A DNA stretch of 64,000 bases, from positions 23,174 through 87,173 of the forward strand of contig CAYPSQ010000003.1 of the NCBI GenBank assembly GCA_964413115.1, in the 5' to 3' direction. Below the pieces are notes generated by a model that was not told the DNA's origin, searched no databases, and worked only from the letters and a program-made list of their open reading frames with translations. Positions 60,307 to 64,000 of this stretch are shown here, piece after piece (the first letter of the stretch is position 1; the number at the start of each line of letters is the position of its first letter). The translations under genes were made by a program, and so were the position numbers. This stretch comes from an uncultured Rhizobiaceae bacterium (GTDB taxonomy: Bacteria; Pseudomonadota; Alphaproteobacteria; UBA828).

Positions 60307-61027
60307 GTCCCGATACCCCCAGATAAACCTCACGCACGGTCTGGTTCTGCTGAATATTCTCCATCGTGTCCTCCGCCAAAATTTTACCCTGATGAAACAC
60401 GGTGACCTGTTTGGCGATTTCCCGGATAAACTGCATATCATGTTCAACAACGATGACCGTTGTTGTCTGATTGATCTCCCGGATCAAATCGGCGGTGCGG
60501 CGGGTCTCGTCGATGCTCATTCCGGCGGTGGGTTCGTCGAGCAGTATGATGCGTGGTTCAAGCACCATAATCATGCCGAATTCGACCCATTGTCGTTGGC
60601 CGTGCGCCAACTCGCCCACCAGTTCAGCCGAAATCCCGTCCAGTTCCAGGCGCCCAAGCGCTGTGTTCACGGCTTTACGCGAATTTTCAGAATCATGGCG
60701 GAAGCGTGCGGCAAGCCAAAGGTTTTCATTTACGCTGAGGCCGTCATAAACATCGGGAACCTGGTTTTTGATGCCAATACCTAGGCGGCTGATTGAATGC
60801 GTCGGCGCGCGAGTGATGTCACTGCCATCGAATAAAATGCGCCCTGAGGAGGGTCTGATTTGGGCGGTCAACATCTTGAAAAATGTGCTTTTGCCGGCAC
60901 CGTTGGGGCCAATCAGGCACCGTAGTTCACCGTGCGCCAACTTGAAATTGACGCCTGAGATGGCGCGCACACCGCCGAAGCGCTTCTCCAAATCACGGGT
61001 TTCCAGGATGATATCTTGCGGCCCCAT
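60299..61027 (-). CDS. livG: branched-chain amino acid ABC transporter ATP-binding protein (LivG-like)
   Basis: 242 aa. Walker A GPNGAGKST, Walker B ILLDEP. Confidence 0.75.
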   Translation of the reverse strand: MGPQDIILETRDLEKRFGGVRAISGVNFKLAHGELRCLIGPNGAGKSTFFKMLTAQIRPSSGRILFDGSDITRAPTHSISRLGIGIKNQVPDVYDGLSVNENLWLAARFRHDSENSRKAVNTALGRLELDGISAELVGELAHGQRQWVEFGMIMVLEPRIILLDEPTAGMSIDETRRTADLIREINQTTTVIVVEHDMQFIREIAKQVTVFHQGKILAEDTMENIQQNQTVREVYLGVSGRA

Positions 61028-61042
61028 TACTGTAATACTCCT

Positions 61043-62071
61043 TCAGCGGCGGCGCAATTTCTGCTGTGCGTAGGCCAGCACCATGCCGAAGCTAGGCAAA
61101 ACGCCTTGCTGAAAAAGCAACACGAAAAGCATTAATACCAAGCCCAGAACGAACGGTACCTGGCCGACCCCCTGAGTGCCGAGCCAAACCTTTAGGTATT
61201 CGATCCCGATAGCGCCTGCGATCGGGCCGATCAGCGTCGCCTTGCCGCCCACCAGCACCCATATGATGACGTCCGCCGCGCGGCCAAGGCCAAACATTTG
61301 CGGATGGGCGAGTGGCCCCCAAATGGCAAATAGCGCCCCCGAGAGCCCGGCAATACCACCGGCAAGGACGAAGGCGCTGAGCTTATATTTGCGTGCGTCA
61401 TAGCCGAGTAGTTCGGTGCGGCGTTCATTCTCACGGATGCTCACCAGAATGCGCCCGTATTTGGTTAATAACAGCATCCGGAGGCCCACATAGACCAAGA
61501 CCATCAGAACTACCGCAAGCTGGAAAAATCCCTCGAAACTGAATTCTACACTTGTATTCCACGGAATCTTTAAGGCCGGCACGGTGGGAATACCGTTCTG
61601 TCCGTTGAGGCGCACACTGCCGATAACATATTGGTCACCAGAGGTAGCGCGTATGCCTTTTTCCAAGATCAAGGTGACGACTAGCGTGATGACACTCAAA
61701 TATATATCGCTAATGCGGCCATAGATCATGAAATAACCGACGATAGCAGAGAACAGCATTGGAAGCGCGAGAGCAAAGAAGATAGAGCCTGTGGTCTCGC
61801 CGGTATTCAGTGCCAATACGGTATAGCCGTATCCGCCGAGCCCGAAAAACGCGGTTTGTCCGAAGCTGAGGATGCCGCAATAGCCCCACAGAAAACTCAT
61901 GCTGAGGGCCAGCAGCGTGAAGATAAAATAGCTCGTCAGATCGATTATGACGTAAAGCTCAAGATATTCCGGCATTAGTAGCAAAGCGACAAATGCTGTG
62001 GCGACGAACAGCCACCACCACCATTTAGGTGGCGTGCTGGGCGGATCGAGAGCAAATATCTTGAGTGCCAT
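61043..62071 (-). CDS. livM: branched-chain amino acid ABC transporter permease (LivM-like)
   Basis: 342 aa. Polytopic membrane protein with Liv-family permease layout. Confidence 0.7.
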   Translation of the reverse strand: MALKIFALDPPSTPPKWWWWLFVATAFVALLLMPEYLELYVIIDLTSYFIFTLLALSMSFLWGYCGILSFGQTAFFGLGGYGYTVLALNTGETTGSIFFALALPMLFSAIVGYFMIYGRISDIYLSVITLVVTLILEKGIRATSGDQYVIGSVRLNGQNGIPTVPALKIPWNTSVEFSFEGFFQLAVVLMVLVYVGLRMLLLTKYGRILVSIRENERRTELLGYDARKYKLSAFVLAGGIAGLSGALFAIWGPLAHPQMFGLGRAADVIIWVLVGGKATLIGPIAGAIGIEYLKVWLGTQGVGQVPFVLGLVLMLFVLLFQQGVLPSFGMVLAYAQQKLRRR

Positions 62072-62074
62072 AAT

Positions 62075-62935
62075 CTAAACGCCGCGCTTGAGTTTCCCGG
62101 TGATGCCGAGGGGCAACAGGCGTAACAGAACAATGGCTATGAATAGCACGCTCATTTCTCCGATCACGGAGGAACTGACATAGGCAACGATTCCGTCGAT
62201 GGTTCCGAATAATCCGGCCGCCGAAATCGTCCCGAGTAACGCCATCTGACCACCCGAAATGACGGTGATGAAGGCTTTGGCAATATACGCCACGCCGAGC
62301 GTCGGATAAGCGCCCATCACAGGCACCAGGACCGCCCCGGCAATGCCGGTTAGCATCGACCCAAATCCGAAAGTCAACATGTAGATAAGGCTGGTGTTGA
62401 TGCCGAGGCCGGCGGAAACATTAGCGTTCTGCATCGTACCACGGACGATTAGACCGAACCGTGTGAAACGCCACAGACAATAGGTGGCGACCAGGAGAGC
62501 GATCGCGAAGGCGATCATGACCAGGCTATATTGCGAGACACTAAAGTTGCCGACCGGAATATTTCCCAGCGGTGAAGCAATACTCTCGGTTTGCGGGCCG
62601 AATACCCAGGTAATGCCGCCGACTAGAAACAGGCTGAGGCCCCAAGTTGCGAGCAGCGTGTCGAGTATGCGGCCATAGAGAAATTGGATGATAGCGCGCT
62701 CGACGAGAATGCCGAACAGGCCGACTGCAATGCCGGACAAAAATATTGCGATCCACAGGCTCACCCCGGCCTGGGTGATGATGGTACAGAAATAGGCGCC
62801 CAGCATGAGGAACTCGCCCTGAGCCAGGTTGATCACTCGCATCATGCCGAAAATAATGGCGAGCCCAAGACTGACCAGTATAAACAGGCCGAAAGAAAAT
62901 CCGATTTGATAGGCGTAGATAGCGACCTGATCCAA
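62075..62935 (-). CDS. livH: branched-chain amino acid ABC transporter permease (LivH-like)
   Basis: 286 aa. Polytopic membrane protein. 3-bp spacing to livM. Confidence 0.7.
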   Translation of the reverse strand: MDQVAIYAYQIGFSFGLFILVSLGLAIIFGMMRVINLAQGEFLMLGAYFCTIITQAGVSLWIAIFLSGIAVGLFGILVERAIIQFLYGRILDTLLATWGLSLFLVGGITWVFGPQTESIASPLGNIPVGNFSVSQYSLVMIAFAIALLVATYCLWRFTRFGLIVRGTMQNANVSAGLGINTSLIYMLTFGFGSMLTGIAGAVLVPVMGAYPTLGVAYIAKAFITVISGGQMALLGTISAAGLFGTIDGIVAYVSSSVIGEMSVLFIAIVLLRLLPLGITGKLKRGV

Positions 62936-63039
62936 CGGGTGCCCCTGGGATATTTAAAACTTGGCGAACATAAAGCAAAGGGCAACGTCTTCACGGTCAT
63001 CCGCTTGCCAGCGGATGACCGTGTTGAACGCTTATTTGG

Positions 63040-64000
63040 CTATTTAACCTCTACTTCGTACTGCGTCGTGTCGCCCGGATTGGCATGGAGGTCACATACC
63101 TGCTGCGTATCCTTCGGTGGTCGTTGCGAGAACGAGTTAATGACGTCGAAGCCCTGATTGCGGTTGCCGCGCACGATATGAATATCCATCGTTGTATGGT
63201 TAGTCTGGCCGTCGACCGTATAGGTGCCGCCCGCGCCGTTGACGGTGACGCCCCCCTTGGAGAGCGCATCCATGACCGGGTCAGGATCCGGGCTGCCGGC
63301 CTGGCGCACCGCCTCGGCCCATATCTTAATCCCGCGTTCGCCATATTCGCCATATTCGCCGACATAACCGTCGTCGCCGGTATAGGCGTGGAAGCGGCTG
63401 ACGAAATCCCTAGCCGCGTCGGTATTTAGATCGTCGACGAAGGAGGTGCCAAGAATAATACCGTCGCCCTCATCAGCGCTAAGCTGGGTCTGTTCGAGAC
63501 CGACGCCATAGGTGCTCGACGCCAGCATCATGTTTTTCTTGCCGATGGTGGATTCAAACTGGCGATAGAAAGCGATATGGGCGCCGCCGACCAGTGCCGA
63601 CCACACCACGTCCGGTTTAGCCGCTTGGATGCGGGAGATCGCCGGGGCAAAATTACTAACATCCAACGGAAAAAACTCTACCGCCAGGTCCTCGCCGCCA
63701 TTGTCGCGGATTAATTTCTGCATCCATTTGCTAGTGATGTGGCCGTAATTGTAATCGGCCGCCAGGATGTAGCCTTTCTTGGCGCCCTGATCCTTGACCA
63801 CATAATCGATCAACGGTTCCAATTGCTGCGCCGGCACCATGCCAGTGGAGACATGTCGGCGATCGCAAACACCGCCTTCATAAAGTGAATTATAGAACAG
63901 TAGGCCTTTGAATTTACGCACGGTCGGGCGCATGACTTCACGGGACGAACTGGTGATGCCACCGTGAATGACACTCACCTTATCCCTCAACAACGCCTGG
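63040..64000 (-). CDS. Liv-family (type I periplasmic binding protein) ABC substrate-binding protein, 5' end beyond window
   Basis: More than 317 aa. PBP1 ligand-binding family features (GYILAADYNYGH...). Frame remains open to the window edge. Confidence 0.6.
   Translation of the reverse strand, partial: QALLRDKVSVIHGGITSSSREVMRPTVRKFKGLLFYNSLYEGGVCDRRHVSTGMVPAQQLEPLIDYVVKDQGAKKGYILAADYNYGHITSKWMQKLIRDNGGEDLAVEFFPLDVSNFAPAISRIQAAKPDVVWSALVGGAHIAFYRQFESTIGKKNMMLASSTYGVGLEQTQLSADEGDGIILGTSFVDDLNTDAARDFVSRFHAYTGDDGYVGEYGEYGERGIKIWAEAVRQAGSPDPDPVMDALSKGGVTVNGAGGTYTVDGQTNHTTMDIHIVRGNRNQGFDVINSFSQRPPKDTQQVCDLHANPGDTTQYEVEVK

Overview
High-GC, densely coding segment (about 60 protein genes, no rRNA/tRNA/CRISPR/IS seen), probably proteobacterial chromosome, likely alphaproteobacterial on gene content (inference only). 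All calls rest on motifs, domain order and gene context recognised in the six-frame translations; no database search was run.

Content in order:
- 162-5309 (+): canonical heterotetrameric sarcosine oxidase operon soxB-soxD-soxA-soxG.
- 5322-12097: sugar-acid-type module. A TPP enzyme, two tandem SMP-30/gluconolactonase paralogs and a divergent IlvD/EDD-family dehydratase sit next to an HpaB/4-hydroxybutyryl-CoA-dehydratase-family protein.
- 12062-16985 (-): orphan nickel-pincer-nucleotide cofactor genes larC-larE-larB with no larA in the window. They are co-oriented with a 3-hydroxyacyl-CoA-dehydrogenase-family gene and a dienelactone-hydrolase::NTF2-like fusion.
- 17197-18432 (+): kynureninase.
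- 18.4-37.2 kb: the most interesting region. A catabolic island is bracketed by decayed genes: a MarR C-terminal remnant, an Old-Yellow-Enzyme C-terminal remnant lying exactly between hyuB and an SDR gene, and a multiply disrupted SDR pseudogene 6 bp after the second hyuB. The island holds two hydantoinase/oxoprolinase-type HyuA/HyuB pairs, a xanthine-dehydrogenase-family molybdo-hydroxylase (separate FAD subunit plus fused 2Fe-2S::Moco subunit) and a Cys-rich 6-hydroxynicotinate-reductase-like protein translationally coupled to a UPF0280-like protein. It also holds a DAO-family FAD oxidase, a tartrate-dehydrogenase-like decarboxylating dehydrogenase, a 70-aa four-Cys zinc-ribbon ORF and a divergent MarR with a perfect 8-bp inverted-repeat operator candidate. 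My hypothesis is a previously undescribed N-heterocycle degradation route: Mo-hydroxylation, then reduction to a lactam, then ATP-dependent lactam opening by HyuAB.
- 37179-41853 (-): metF followed by metH, which is split between the Hcy and pterin domains at a GTGA start/stop overlap. The metF leader carries a hairpin plus T7 tract 14 nt upstream of the start codon, suggesting an attenuator or riboswitch.
- 42030-48212 (+): dusA, then a third HyuA/HyuB pair coupled to a beta-ketothiolase.
- 48512-57768 (-): a bacterial AorABC-type tungsten aldehyde:ferredoxin oxidoreductase operon (4Fe-4S subunit, W-AOR, FAD subunit, MoaD-like protein, unknown 96-aa protein), then a TupABC-like tungstate ABC transporter. 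The locus is oddly bracketed by a CoxS-like 2Fe-2S gene and a CoxM-like FAD gene with no large Moco subunit, followed by a DUF3179 secreted protein.
- 58059-64000: acyl-CoA synthetase and a Liv-type branched-chain amino-acid ABC transporter (the substrate-binding gene runs off the window end).
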